A DNA stretch of 64,000 nucleotides, taken from positions 2,240,001 through 2,304,000 of the forward strand of contig OZ242311.1 in the NCBI GenBank assembly GCA_965207885.1, written 5' to 3'. Shown here one piece after another: positions 18,815-28,369 of this stretch (position 1 is the first letter of the stretch; each line of letters begins with the position of its first letter). Made by a program: the position numbers and the translations under genes. Source of the stretch: Candidatus Latescibacterota bacterium. Its GTDB lineage: Bacteria; Latescibacterota; UBA2968. The notes under the pieces were generated by a model. The model was not told the DNA's origin, ran no database searches, and worked only from the letters and a program-made list of their open reading frames with translations.

Positions 18815-19693
18815 TTGGTCGTGGATGAAAATTATAGAAATCTCTTTGAGAAAATCGCACATCGCTATGGTGGAGTAGATTTAGAAGGTTTGGAGAAGGT
18901 TCTTTGTCCAATTCTCATCCCCATCCATTCTTTAGATAAAACTATCGTTAAGTTACCAGGACAATCCCATTACCGTGCGACTTTCACAGTAAAGATACAG
19001 GATGAATGGAAAGAATTAATGCAAATAGGCCGAACGGGCAAATTCATTCCGGAAGGACATCTCAAAGGTAATGCTTGGCGGGAAATTGCTAAAGGACGGA
19101 TACTTGAGATAAAGAATAATAGAGAGACTGCTGAGGGTGAAATTTATACAGGAGGATCGAAAGGCAAACTAATCGAAGCCCTTGACATATTAACCATCAA
19201 CGACTATTTGGAAATAGACCAATATGGTGCAGCACCTAAAGTCTTGAGCGGATTGGTAGAGTATTCTTTGTCACGCATTGCTGTCGCCAGTGGATATAAT
19301 GTGCGTCGCATGCCAGAGGACATGGCAAAACACCTGGGACAATACTATAATTACGATTTTGAATTTGAACGATATGGCGTAATAAAAAAAGTGGAAGTAA
19401 AATCCCTCTGGGGGACAAATACAGATTTCGCTCGTCTCATTCACAGCACAGGAAAAGATTATCCTACAAGCAGTTGTAAATACGCGACTCAGGATATATT
19501 CGCAGTAAGCCTATTTTTGAGAACAGGCAATATAAGAGATTTTGCTTTTGCGAGATCTGTACCCAGCTATGAAAAACCTTATGGATTGCCGCCAGCATCT
19601 GGATATCCAGAACATGTGAACCAGAATCCCAGATGCGAGATTGGAGATGGCGTCTGGTTTGGCACGATTGACGAAGTCTGGCATTTGGATTAA
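18815..19693 (+). CDS. Putative Type II restriction endonuclease (PD-(D/E)XK)
   Basis: GLVE...YDFEFERYGVIKKVEVKS catalytic-like motif; convergent with, and overlapping by 4 bp, a DNA methyltransferase gene. Confidence 0.65.
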   Translation: MVVDENYRNLFEKIAHRYGGVDLEGLEKVLCPILIPIHSLDKTIVKLPGQSHYRATFTVKIQDEWKELMQIGRTGKFIPEGHLKGNAWREIAKGRILEIKNNRETAEGEIYTGGSKGKLIEALDILTINDYLEIDQYGAAPKVLSGLVEYSLSRIAVASGYNVRRMPEDMAKHLGQYYNYDFEFERYGVIKKVEVKSLWGTNTDFARLIHSTGKDYPTSSCKYATQDIFAVSLFLRTGNIRDFAFARSVPSYEKPYGLPPASGYPEHVNQNPRCEIGDGVWFGTIDEVWHLD

Positions 19694-21948
19694 GCGATCT
19701 TTTCTTTCCACGTAGCAATTCGTTTCTGAATTTTGTCCTGAAATTCTGTGCGGAGTGTCTCCAGTTCTGATTCGGCCTGGACGATAGTTTGCGCCTGTGT
19801 CGCAAGGTTTTTTAGATCCTTTTTCGCAATGGGAAGAAGGATGTCAAGTAAACAGGATTCATCGATAGCCGGATATGCAATACCGATATTATTTCTAAGC
19901 ACTTGTTGGCACACGAAGTCAGTCCTTAGAATCTGTGCCAATACTAAAGAATCTATACCCTTTGGCCGAAGAACTGCAAATCCCGTCGTGCAAATTGCTC
20001 CTTCTTGTTCCTCTGTGACTCGTGCAACAGTTCTTCTTTCAGGTCTAACTGTAGAAAAAAGAATATCTCCAGCGTGTACAACTTTTCTCGCTCTGCTTGG
20101 AGCCTTCGAGCACTTTAATCTCTTGCCTGTTGCTTTGCACATTTCTGCATTGACATCGGATATTTCTATATATAAGAAACTACCATTGCCCGATCTTCTT
20201 GGATCACTTCGCTCCGTTGAGAGTTCAGATACATCTGAGAGGAATACATGGGAATTGGAACGATTGACGAGGATCTCTTCAATTTCGGGTGGCAAGGTCG
20301 CATGGTAATTTGCATCCCACCGTTCTTTTTGTTCTACTGCTTTGACAAAACGTCCGCGTCCATTTTTTTGAGTTTGCCTTGTGCGGTCCTCTAAAATTCG
20401 AGGAAGATCACTTTCGCCATTGAATACTTTTTTTCTTTGAGATTCTCGTGTGCTGACAGAATAACCGATATTATTACAAATAGCAAAAAAAGTCGGTGTT
20501 GCACTTGATTTTTTATTTTTTCGTTTTCTCAAATGGATAATAGAGGTTTTTGTGTTCGTGCCCGCGGCCCCAAAAGTAACATTTGGCAAAGAAATTATAC
20601 TTTTAATCTCTATTTGATCGGCGATATTTTTTCTCAGTGTTTCATATAAACCTTTATTGGTAAGAATACTGTCGGGTACAATAGCCAGCAATTGTCCACC
20701 GGGAATTAACCAATCCAAATAGCGTTCGACAAAAAGCAGTTCTGAATCGAGTTTGCGCGGTATATGATTTGACCATTTGTTGGCAATTTGAAAGCCAGCC
20801 AAGTCATCCCCTTTGAATTCCGCTCCAAATGGCGGGTTGGTTAGAATGAGTCCTGCTTGTCCCTCTAAAAATGCCAGTTCTTTAGCATCGTCTCCAAATC
20901 TGACCAGCGCATTGGCGAGGAAAAGTCTGGTAGCTGGAAGGGTGAACATAGCCATGTTTGTCAATGCCAATTTAATCATGCGCTCGCTTTTATCAATGCC
21001 AACCAGGACGTCATGCACCATATTGGATAACCATTTTCGAGTTGTTCGCTCGTCATTTTTTGAGGCAACTTCATGGTGAAGAAATCTCAAAACCTCTGTT
21101 AAGAAAGAACCAACGCCACACGATGGGTCGAGAATAAAGCCAAATTCCCGGCATCGTTCAGGGTGGGTCAAGATTCTCAATTCTTTTTCGGACATTTCTT
21201 GAATCGCGAGTTTAACCATAAAATTCACAACTTCTGTGGGCGTCAGATATTGCCCAAGTTGCTTTTCATCAACAAAAGAATCTGATAAAAATCGGCCAAA
21301 TACATCGTTTAGAAAATCAACGCCTTTGATTCCACTGATGTCGAACGACTCAGATTCAGAAGAGAGCGTCTCGAAACATTGAAGTATCTCAAGAATCAGG
21401 TCTTCTTCACTCTCTTTGATTTTTAGTTCATAATCGGTCTCCTGCAACTCGTGTCCAATTGACATGGGCAAATACGCCTCGTAAATCTCCTTCACGAAAG
21501 TTTTTAAAGCCTTCGCCATACTCATTCCAGGAAAATTCTCTCTCATACTCTTTTGAGATATTCCGCCACAGCCTTTTCCAATAGCCATTACATGAACAAA
21601 TAAGAGCTTAGACAACTCCTCTACCGCTTCATTTCTCGATGACATCCTGCCCCGTCTGTGGAGTATTTCTCTTAACTCACGCAAAGTGGTGTCCATCGCC
21701 TCACGAATGTCGATCTCCTGCTTAAAAAGCGGCCACTGAATGTCTGGCTCTCGCGTCAACATCGCGGAAGATGTGCTCCGTTTATAAATTTGGCGAAGTT
21801 CACCTTCGATGAGTGGCCTTGGTTTGCTTTTTTTGTTTTGCCATCGATTAATGGTAGAGGTAGAGACGCCGAGTTCCCTTCCCAAGGATTCAATGCTATA
21901 GTGATATAGTGTCGTGAGTTCGTGAATCATTTTTGAAATTGATTTCAT
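19690..21948 (-). CDS. XRE-HTH + N6-adenine DNA methyltransferase + single TRD (M-S fusion)
   Basis: LGRELGVSTSTINRW HTH; GQYLTP; LDPSCGVGSFL (motif I); TNPPFG (motif IV); HsdS-type APSRARKVVHAGDILFSTVRP...TGFAVL. Confidence 0.9.
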   Translation of the reverse strand: MKSISKMIHELTTLYHYSIESLGRELGVSTSTINRWQNKKSKPRPLIEGELRQIYKRSTSSAMLTREPDIQWPLFKQEIDIREAMDTTLRELREILHRRGRMSSRNEAVEELSKLLFVHVMAIGKGCGGISQKSMRENFPGMSMAKALKTFVKEIYEAYLPMSIGHELQETDYELKIKESEEDLILEILQCFETLSSESESFDISGIKGVDFLNDVFGRFLSDSFVDEKQLGQYLTPTEVVNFMVKLAIQEMSEKELRILTHPERCREFGFILDPSCGVGSFLTEVLRFLHHEVASKNDERTTRKWLSNMVHDVLVGIDKSERMIKLALTNMAMFTLPATRLFLANALVRFGDDAKELAFLEGQAGLILTNPPFGAEFKGDDLAGFQIANKWSNHIPRKLDSELLFVERYLDWLIPGGQLLAIVPDSILTNKGLYETLRKNIADQIEIKSIISLPNVTFGAAGTNTKTSIIHLRKRKNKKSSATPTFFAICNNIGYSVSTRESQRKKVFNGESDLPRILEDRTRQTQKNGRGRFVKAVEQKERWDANYHATLPPEIEEILVNRSNSHVFLSDVSELSTERSDPRRSGNGSFLYIEISDVNAEMCKATGKRLKCSKAPSRARKVVHAGDILFSTVRPERRTVARVTEEQEGAICTTGFAVLRPKGIDSLVLAQILRTDFVCQQVLRNNIGIAYPAIDESCLLDILLPIAKKDLKNLATQAQTIVQAESELETLRTEFQDKIQKRIATWKEKIA

Positions 21949-21986
21949 TGTTTGACCCCTCAGAATCGAGAATTTGTATCTACTAA

Positions 21987-22052
21987 GTGAACATTACAAT
22001 TATACATACTGTGAACAAAAATGCAATGCAAAAATTTTACACGGCGTGTAAA
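21987..22052 (-). promoter_or_regulatory. Sigma-70-like promoter and candidate operator of the MTase gene
   Basis: Minus strand TTGCAT (22026-22021)-N16-TATAAT (22004-21999); palindrome TTTACACG-G-CGTGTAAA at 22036-22052; GTGAACA direct repeats at 21987 and 22011. Confidence 0.5.
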
Positions 22053-22302
22053 TATTAATCTCCAATGCAGTTAGATATCCACCATTTTTTTCCGTCACGC
22101 TTATCATTTTCTGTTTGATACAGGTTGCGTTCATCTTATCTTTCACCTGAAGTTTTTGCTCGCCATTTGGATTTCTATTCTTAAATCTCGGAGGATAATA
22201 TGGAAAATTTGTCTCTGATTAGATAAATTACAGGGTTTTAACAATAATGGAGCGAAAACAGATTGAATAGCGTGAAGTGCAAAAAAATAAGGAGGAATAG
22301 AT

Positions 22303-22572
22303 ATGGTGGCACCTAATAGTGTAACACAAGCTCTTCCCGTAATAAAAAGGATATGGCTTCCATTGCTGAACTTGGTGGGAGAAAAAAATGAATTTCGAAT
22401 CATAATAACATCTCCAGACTATATTGAATTCCGGCTTTTATGGGGGCTTATTAGCTATGAAAAAGGCGAAAAACGAGAATTTGTTATACGAGGAACAGAG
22501 GGCTATGTTACGTCCATAATTTCGTCATTATCATCACAGGGATTGGATGTAAACAAGGCTCTTTTGAAGTGA
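22303..22572 (+). CDS. Hypothetical protein (89 aa)
   Basis: Strong SD TAAGGAGG; followed by a terminator-like hairpin. Confidence 0.7.
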   Translation: MVAPNSVTQALPVIKRIWLPLLNLVGEKNEFRIIITSPDYIEFRLLWGLISYEKGEKREFVIRGTEGYVTSIISSLSSQGLDVNKALLK

Positions 22573-22601
22573 ATCCCATATCTGAAGAACTGAAGTATAC
22601 C

Positions 22602-22630
22602 AAGGCCCTGCAACGAGTTGGGGGGCCTTT
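22602..22630 (+). terminator. Rho-independent terminator-like hairpin
   Basis: AAGGCCCT-G-CAAC-GA-GTTG-G-GGGGCCTT followed by TATCTT. Confidence 0.55.
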
Positions 22631-22696
22631 ATCTTGTCATCTGACTCTAATTGGGGTATCTTTTCAATGATTTACTCATCATCACACTAAAATAGG

Positions 22697-23584
22697 ATGA
22701 ACTCCATGCCATCTCCCACAACAACTGATCTTCCGGTTCCAAATTCCTGGGACGAATTCGAAGACATCTGCGTTGATCTTCTCAAGTGTCTGTGGTGTGA
22801 TCCTTACATCACGCGAAATGGACGATCTGGACAAAGGCAACACGGTGTTGATATATATGGCAAGCCTGTCCATTTAGAGGGGCACGGCAGTGGAATCGCC
22901 GCTGCACAGTGCAAGCGCGTTGAGGAGCTAACCAAAGGAGATATAAGGAAAGAAATCGAACAAGCTACTAAATTTGCCCCAAAACTTGAGGAATACTTGA
23001 TTCTTACGACGCTGAAACGCGACGCAAGCCTGCAAAAGTACGTACGGACTCAAGATTGGCCGATCAATCGTGTCGAAATCCGGTTTTGGGAAGATTTGTC
23101 ACTACAACTTTCTGAGTTCGATGAACTCCTTCAGAAACATTTTTCGGGATGGTTCCAAATAAGGACCTCGAAAGAATATCTGATTCAAATACTTTCTAAG
23201 GCTGACCCCGAAGATTTTGAATATTCTGAAGACGATTTAATTTGTCAGTATTTGTATAAGGCCGACGTTGGTATTCGACTTGTAATGGATCTATCTGAAG
23301 AAATATCATTTGAGGAGCCTTGGGTTTCGAAATTTCACGATCCAGAGGGCTACAAACAAAAAGTGTATTTGGAGTACAACGGTACACCAATTGAAACATT
23401 TCGGTTTGTCGCTGTTGATGGTGCTCGCTACTATATTCCCTATCCCAAGGCTGCTAACGACCTTCGCATCTCACCGTTTCAGTATCGTCTTGCCTGTATT
23501 CTGAATCAGCAACCTGTTGGATATGGAATTGACCACGGTTTAAAAGTGGCGGGTATCACGATTGATAACGAACCTGCAACTTAA
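22697..23584 (+). CDS. Mrr-like PD-(D/E)XK nuclease domain fused to an uncharacterised C-terminal domain
   Basis: WDEFEDIC...GRSGQRQHGVDIYG...AQCK motif. Confidence 0.75.
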   Translation: MNSMPSPTTTDLPVPNSWDEFEDICVDLLKCLWCDPYITRNGRSGQRQHGVDIYGKPVHLEGHGSGIAAAQCKRVEELTKGDIRKEIEQATKFAPKLEEYLILTTLKRDASLQKYVRTQDWPINRVEIRFWEDLSLQLSEFDELLQKHFSGWFQIRTSKEYLIQILSKADPEDFEYSEDDLICQYLYKADVGIRLVMDLSEEISFEEPWVSKFHDPEGYKQKVYLEYNGTPIETFRFVAVDGARYYIPYPKAANDLRISPFQYRLACILNQQPVGYGIDHGLKVAGITIDNEPAT

Positions 23585-23620
23585 TAAGGAAATTCAGACA
23601 CAAAATTCAAAGGACTGAGA

Positions 23621-23962
23621 ATGGTACTCAATCTCAAAGAAGCTGGCAGCAAGCTCCAGGAATTGGTTCAATCTCTCAGATCTTCTAACGAGGCGTGTGA
23701 AGTTAGAAATGAAGCTGGGCAGATGGTGGCAGTTGTGTTGCCTGTAGAACGCTATCGACTCTATCAGCAACAGTGGGAAAAGGATTTCGTTGCGGTTGAC
23801 CAAATCCGGGATAAGATGAGGGACAATGATCCCGATTACGTCGAGACACAGATCGTGTCTGACTCCGATTCCGTGACGTCGTCACCTTTGCGTGGCAAGG
23901 TCATTGAATATTTGGATCCAACAGAGCCGGTCGCTATAGAGGGCTGGAAACTTTTGAAGTGA
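23621..23962 (+). CDS. Phd/YefM-like antitoxin, apparently chimeric with a VapB-type C-terminus
   Basis: LKEAGSKLQELV...VAVVLPVERY N-terminus; SPLRGKVIEYLDPTEPVA..W C-terminus. Confidence 0.6.
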   Translation: MVLNLKEAGSKLQELVQSLRSSNEACEVRNEAGQMVAVVLPVERYRLYQQQWEKDFVAVDQIRDKMRDNDPDYVETQIVSDSDSVTSSPLRGKVIEYLDPTEPVAIEGWKLLK

Positions 23963-24039
23963 TTATTCTGAATACTCACCTGTGGATTTGGCTGGTCGAA
24001 TGTGTGAATTCTTCGGAACGGGAGTATGCCAAAGGTTAG
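23959..24039 (+). pseudogene. VapC (PIN) toxin N-terminal stub
   Basis: GTGA overlap with the antitoxin stop; reads (M)IILNTHLWIWLVE, resembling the PIN start MIxLDTHxxIW with D replaced by N; truncated by hicA. Confidence 0.6.
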
Positions 24040-24226
24040 AGACGCTATCCGATTGATCCAGAGGGACGGGTGGAGGCTGGTAAGGACGCGAGGGAGTCAC
24101 CGTCAATACCATCATCCCGATAAGCCCGGGACAGTAACTATTCCGGGTCATCCGGGAGATGATGTGGCACCGGGTACCTGGCTGAATATCCTGAGACAAG
24201 CCGGACTAAGGGAGAGAAACCAATGA
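24026..24226 (+). CDS. hicA: HicA toxin
   Basis: DGWRLVRTRGSHRQYHHPDKPGTVTIPGH...ILRQAG. Confidence 0.95.
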   Translation: MPKVRDAIRLIQRDGWRLVRTRGSHRQYHHPDKPGTVTIPGHPGDDVAPGTWLNILRQAGLRERNQ

Positions 24227-24543
24227 AGCTAAAATATACGGTGGTCTATGAACGCACGCCGAACAACTACTCAGCCTATTCGCCTGATTTGCCGGGCTGC
24301 ATAAGCACTGGGGAAACCTGGAAGGAGATTCAGGAAAACATGCAGGAGGCGATCACCTTTCACATTGAGAGTCTGATGGAATACGGCGACCCGGTTCCCC
24401 AACCGCAGATGTCAATTGAGGAGGCAATGGCTTTCCATTGCAAAGCCCTCAAAGAGTACAAGGATCCGATTCCTCAACTGGAGACCACAGTGGGCATAGC
24501 TGAGGTTGAAGTCAAGCCATCACAGGCGGCAAGGGCAAGTTAA
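24223..24543 (+). CDS. hicB: HicB antitoxin with internal duplication and no DNA-binding domain
   Basis: YSAYSPDLPGCISTGET...EAITFHIE; ATGA-type overlap with hicA. Confidence 0.92.
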   Translation: MKLKYTVVYERTPNNYSAYSPDLPGCISTGETWKEIQENMQEAITFHIESLMEYGDPVPQPQMSIEEAMAFHCKALKEYKDPIPQLETTVGIAEVEVKPSQAARAS

Positions 24544-24627
24544 TATGACTGAACTTCGGTTAGCACCGGAGTGACGGCGTGCTATGCGTGCGGCAGGTTC
24601 AATGATTTATATCTCTCCTATCTGACC

Positions 24628-25410
24628 CTAAACATTTTCCAGCACGTCTCTCATCGCTTTGCCTTCTTCGCGGAACCATTGCATTAAGATGCTCACATCG
24701 GTTCCCACGCAAAAGTGTTTTACGCCCATGTCCAAATATCGCTTCGCGCCTCTGGCATCTCCGAGTTCTGCCCGGGGCGCAATGCCCATTTTAAGCGATG
24801 TTTCGATCACGTATTTTTCCGCTTCTTGTACTTTTTCCCTATCATAGCCCGTGTTCAGAGAATAATCCCCTGGCCCGAATTGTATCATATCTAAGCCCGG
24901 CACGGAGAGCAGTGCTTCCAAATTTTCGACCGCTTCCTTCTTTTCGATCATGATCGCGACAACGGAATCGCGGCACGACTGAATAAATTCAGCCCCTCCT
25001 GTATCCACACCAAACCGCACGTACCGGCGCATATTTACTCCGTGATGTCCGCCATCTTCTGGCGTGTCAGGACGTACGGCTGCCACACAGGCTGCCACAT
25101 CTTCTACTGTGCGCACGTCGGCGAATAAAACATTTTGGATACCCGCGCCTATGGCGCGGTTTGCAATATGTCCACGCGGGTCTTCCTCGACCTTGATCAT
25201 TGCCGACATATCGTCGAATAGATCGATAGCCCGCCCGATATTATCCATGGTGTGTAAATCATAAGGGGCGTATTCCGATACGTATTCGATGTAGTCAAAT
25301 TGTCCTGAATATCCCACCATTTCAAATACCGATGGCCACGGGCTGTGTACGTGGGTTCCCAAACTGGGTTGATCGGCATCGAGCAGTTCTCTCAGCTTAT
25401 TTCGTCGCAT
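24628..25410 (-). CDS. HpcH/HpaI aldolase family protein
   Basis: Start at 25410 after AGGAGG; IMIEK and FGPGDY motifs. Confidence 0.88.
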   Translation of the reverse strand: MRRNKLRELLDADQPSLGTHVHSPWPSVFEMVGYSGQFDYIEYVSEYAPYDLHTMDNIGRAIDLFDDMSAMIKVEEDPRGHIANRAIGAGIQNVLFADVRTVEDVAACVAAVRPDTPEDGGHHGVNMRRYVRFGVDTGGAEFIQSCRDSVVAIMIEKKEAVENLEALLSVPGLDMIQFGPGDYSLNTGYDREKVQEAEKYVIETSLKMGIAPRAELGDARGAKRYLDMGVKHFCVGTDVSILMQWFREEGKAMRDVLENV

Positions 25411-25694
25411 GTTTCCTCCTTGAAAGTATTGTTGCACATGGTAGCGCAGTTCATTTTCTATCAATACACAAAAATAGTGAAAAAATCCAGTGGTCTTCTC
25501 TGCGCCCGCATCCAGATCCAGACAATTTTGGGTTGCCTCTTGAACAAGATGAAGTTATACTATTAGCAAGGGTTATAGAATTTATTTTTTCGGGAAATAT
25601 TTAAGATAAATTGTTGAAAAACATCGTCTTGTTATTCTGGCGATAGGGACAGAGCAAGCGCAACCAATGAGGTATTTCAGCAAAGGGGGAAATA

Positions 25695-27083
25695 ATGTCG
25701 AACACCGATATTGCGTTAATGGCCCACCTGATGCGTCGAGCGGGGTTTGGGGCCACGAGAACAGAATTGGAGGACTATGCCGAAAGGGGCTATGAAAACG
25801 TCGTGGAAGATCTGGTCGAGCCGGAGCGCTGTGATCCGGTTGATGAGGATATTTTGAATCGTTATTTTGGCAGTTTTGAAGCGGGATATGTGGAGAAATG
25901 GATGTATCGAATGATCCGCAGCAAGCGCCCACTCGAAGAAAAGATGGCTCTTTTCTGGCATCACGTATTCGCCACCGGGCTTGGAAAAAATCAGCATATC
26001 CTCGCCTCTGCCCGCCAGATCGATACCTTCCGGCGCGTGGGGCTTTCAAATATGCGGGAAATTCTGCTCGAGCTATCCAAAGATCCGGCTATGATCTTCT
26101 GGCTGGATAACAATGAAAACCGCAAGGGCGAGCCTAATGAGAACTACGGCAGGGAGCTGTTGGAACTCTTCTCGATGGGTGTTGGCAATTACACAGAAGA
26201 CGATATTAAGAATTGTGCCCGCGCCTTTACGGGATGGACATTTGCGCAGCCACCGCCCCTGTATCCGCAAGGCTTTTACGATGCGAATTTCGTTTTCCTC
26301 GAAGAAGACCACGATGATGGCGAGAAGACGTTTTTGGGGCATACGGGCAATTTCAATGGCGAGGATATTATCGACATTATTGTCGAACAACCCGCTTGTG
26401 CCAAGTTCATATCCAGGCATCTCTACAACTTTTTTGTCGCAGACGAGCCACAGGTCCCATCCTGGCATGTGACCCCGCCACAGGATCCCGATGCGATTGA
26501 AACCCTGTCAAACGCTTTTTTGGAGTCGAAAGGCGATATGCGCCACATCCTGAGAACGCTCTTTAACTCCGACTTCTTCAAGGACGCGCGAGGGAAAAAG
26601 GTGAAAAGCCCTACAGAACTCGTCACGGGCATCCTGAAGCTGATCGGCACTTATCAACGTCCCGATCCGGGTATGGGAAGATATTCGGGTGCTACCACGT
26701 TAATGGGGCAGAAATTGCTGGATCCTCCGACTGTGGAAGGCTGGCACACTGGTAGGGAATGGATTGATGGCGGCACACTGACCGAGCGCGTGAATTTCGC
26801 CGTTCGCGAGGTAAGTGATGCGTCCAGGCCTGGCATACGTGGAATCATTGATCGGCTCAAAGCCGAGGGGCGGGCACTCGCTCCTGATGAGTTCGTGGAG
26901 AAATGTCAGGATCTCGCAGGTCCTATGACCGTGAGTGATACGACCCGCGAATCTTTGAGCAAATTTGCGGAATCAGGTGGCGATCTCGATCTATCCGCGG
27001 ACAACGGATCTGAGGAGAGTACTGATCGCGTGATACAGATGCTGCAACTCATTGTCGCTTCGAGAGAATATCAATTTGCGTAG
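25695..27083 (+). CDS. DUF1800 family protein
   Basis: HLMRRAGFG, EKMALFWH, PNENYGRELLELFSMG, ARAFTGW and PPTVEGW motifs. Confidence 0.93.
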   Translation: MSNTDIALMAHLMRRAGFGATRTELEDYAERGYENVVEDLVEPERCDPVDEDILNRYFGSFEAGYVEKWMYRMIRSKRPLEEKMALFWHHVFATGLGKNQHILASARQIDTFRRVGLSNMREILLELSKDPAMIFWLDNNENRKGEPNENYGRELLELFSMGVGNYTEDDIKNCARAFTGWTFAQPPPLYPQGFYDANFVFLEEDHDDGEKTFLGHTGNFNGEDIIDIIVEQPACAKFISRHLYNFFVADEPQVPSWHVTPPQDPDAIETLSNAFLESKGDMRHILRTLFNSDFFKDARGKKVKSPTELVTGILKLIGTYQRPDPGMGRYSGATTLMGQKLLDPPTVEGWHTGREWIDGGTLTERVNFAVREVSDASRPGIRGIIDRLKAEGRALAPDEFVEKCQDLAGPMTVSDTTRESLSKFAESGGDLDLSADNGSEESTDRVIQMLQLIVASREYQFA

Positions 27084-27104
27084 CGCACGGAAAGGAGGAA
27101 TAAA

Positions 27105-28241
27105 ATGGCTTCTAAAGACCCAATCCTCGTCATTGTTGAGTTGAAGGGCGGCAATGACTTCATGAATACTATTATCCCTTATACCAACGGCATATACCAC
27201 GATTGCCGACCCATTGTGGGGCTTCGTCAGGATGAGGTTTTGCCTATGAACGACACTCTGGCCTGGCATCCCAATACGGTGCCCCTGAAGGAGATGTTTG
27301 AGCAGGGTGATGTGGCGATTGTGCAGGGTATCGGGTATCCCGACTCGAGCCGATCGCATTTCAGGGCTATGGATGTCTGGCACACCTGTGAACCCATAGA
27401 TATCGGCACTGAAGGCTGGCTGGGCAGAGTGGTTCGGGATCTGGATCCGAGGGGGGAAAATGTCCTGACGGGCATTAACTTCGGAAAAGGACTTTCTCGA
27501 GCGTTGGCCGTTTCTGGCGTTCCCGTGACATCTGTTGACGATCTCGACAATTACGGATTGATGACCAGCATCAAAGAAGACCCAAAGCGAATGCAGGCTA
27601 TTGAGATATTCAAGACTATGTACGAACCCGCGATTGGCACGGGTGTGGTGATGGATTATCTTTCGCAGACGGGTCTGGATGTCATCAGAGGTTCCGATGA
27701 GTTGAAGAAGGCTCCGGCAATGTATCAGTCCGACGTGGAGTACGGAAGCAATTCGATTGCGAAGGCACTGAGGGATGTCGCGCGCGTTCACCTTGCCGGT
27801 CTCGGCACAAGGATCTTTTACACACAGCACGGGGGCTATGACCACCATGCAAATGAAATGCCGTCACATCCCAAGTTGCTGACGGAGTTGTCGGAAGCAA
27901 TCCGCGATTTCTTCCGGGATTTGCGACACCACAATGCTTCTGAAGAGATAGTTATGCTCGTTTTCTCAGAGTTTGGACGACGTATGAGGGATAACGCCAG
28001 TGGCACTGACCACGGTACAGGTGGTGGTGCATTTATCATCGGTGATGGTGTGAATGGCGGGTTATACGCAGAATATCCCTCTCTTGATCCCTCTCGATGG
28101 GCCAACGGCGAAGACCTTGAGCATACAATTGACTTCCGCGGCATATACGCAACGCTCCTGGAGCAATGGATGGGAATGGATGCCACTCCGATTGTGGATG
28201 GGACATTTGAACAGATCCAGCCTTTCAAAGAGGCCGTGTGA
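27105..28241 (+). CDS. DUF1501 family protein with no Tat signal
   Basis: GGND, RSHF, GGYDHH, SEFGRR, GTDHG and DFR motifs. Confidence 0.93.
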   Translation: MASKDPILVIVELKGGNDFMNTIIPYTNGIYHDCRPIVGLRQDEVLPMNDTLAWHPNTVPLKEMFEQGDVAIVQGIGYPDSSRSHFRAMDVWHTCEPIDIGTEGWLGRVVRDLDPRGENVLTGINFGKGLSRALAVSGVPVTSVDDLDNYGLMTSIKEDPKRMQAIEIFKTMYEPAIGTGVVMDYLSQTGLDVIRGSDELKKAPAMYQSDVEYGSNSIAKALRDVARVHLAGLGTRIFYTQHGGYDHHANEMPSHPKLLTELSEAIRDFFRDLRHHNASEEIVMLVFSEFGRRMRDNASGTDHGTGGGAFIIGDGVNGGLYAEYPSLDPSRWANGEDLEHTIDFRGIYATLLEQWMGMDATPIVDGTFEQIQPFKEAV

Positions 28242-28258
28242 TCATGAAAGGACAAACA

Positions 28259-28343
28259 CGAATCAACGAATCAGCGAATCAACGGCGGAGTTTGTAACAA
28301 CTTTGGGTGGTGGGGCAGGGTTCGTCTATTCGTCTATTCGTTG
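28259..28343. repeat. Opposed short tandem octamer arrays
   Basis: (CGAATCAR)x3 at 28259-28282 and (TTCGTCTA)x2 plus TTCGTTG at 28321-28343. Confidence 0.75.
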
Positions 28344-28369
28344 TGTACTTTGAAAAAGGGAGGTGAATC

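Noticed and set aside
22303-23584. Two-gene operon of the 89-aa ORF and the Mrr-like nuclease
   Set aside because: A terminator-like hairpin at 22602-22630 separates them.
28259-28343. CRISPR array
   Set aside because: Units are 8 bp with no spacers and there are no cas genes in the window.
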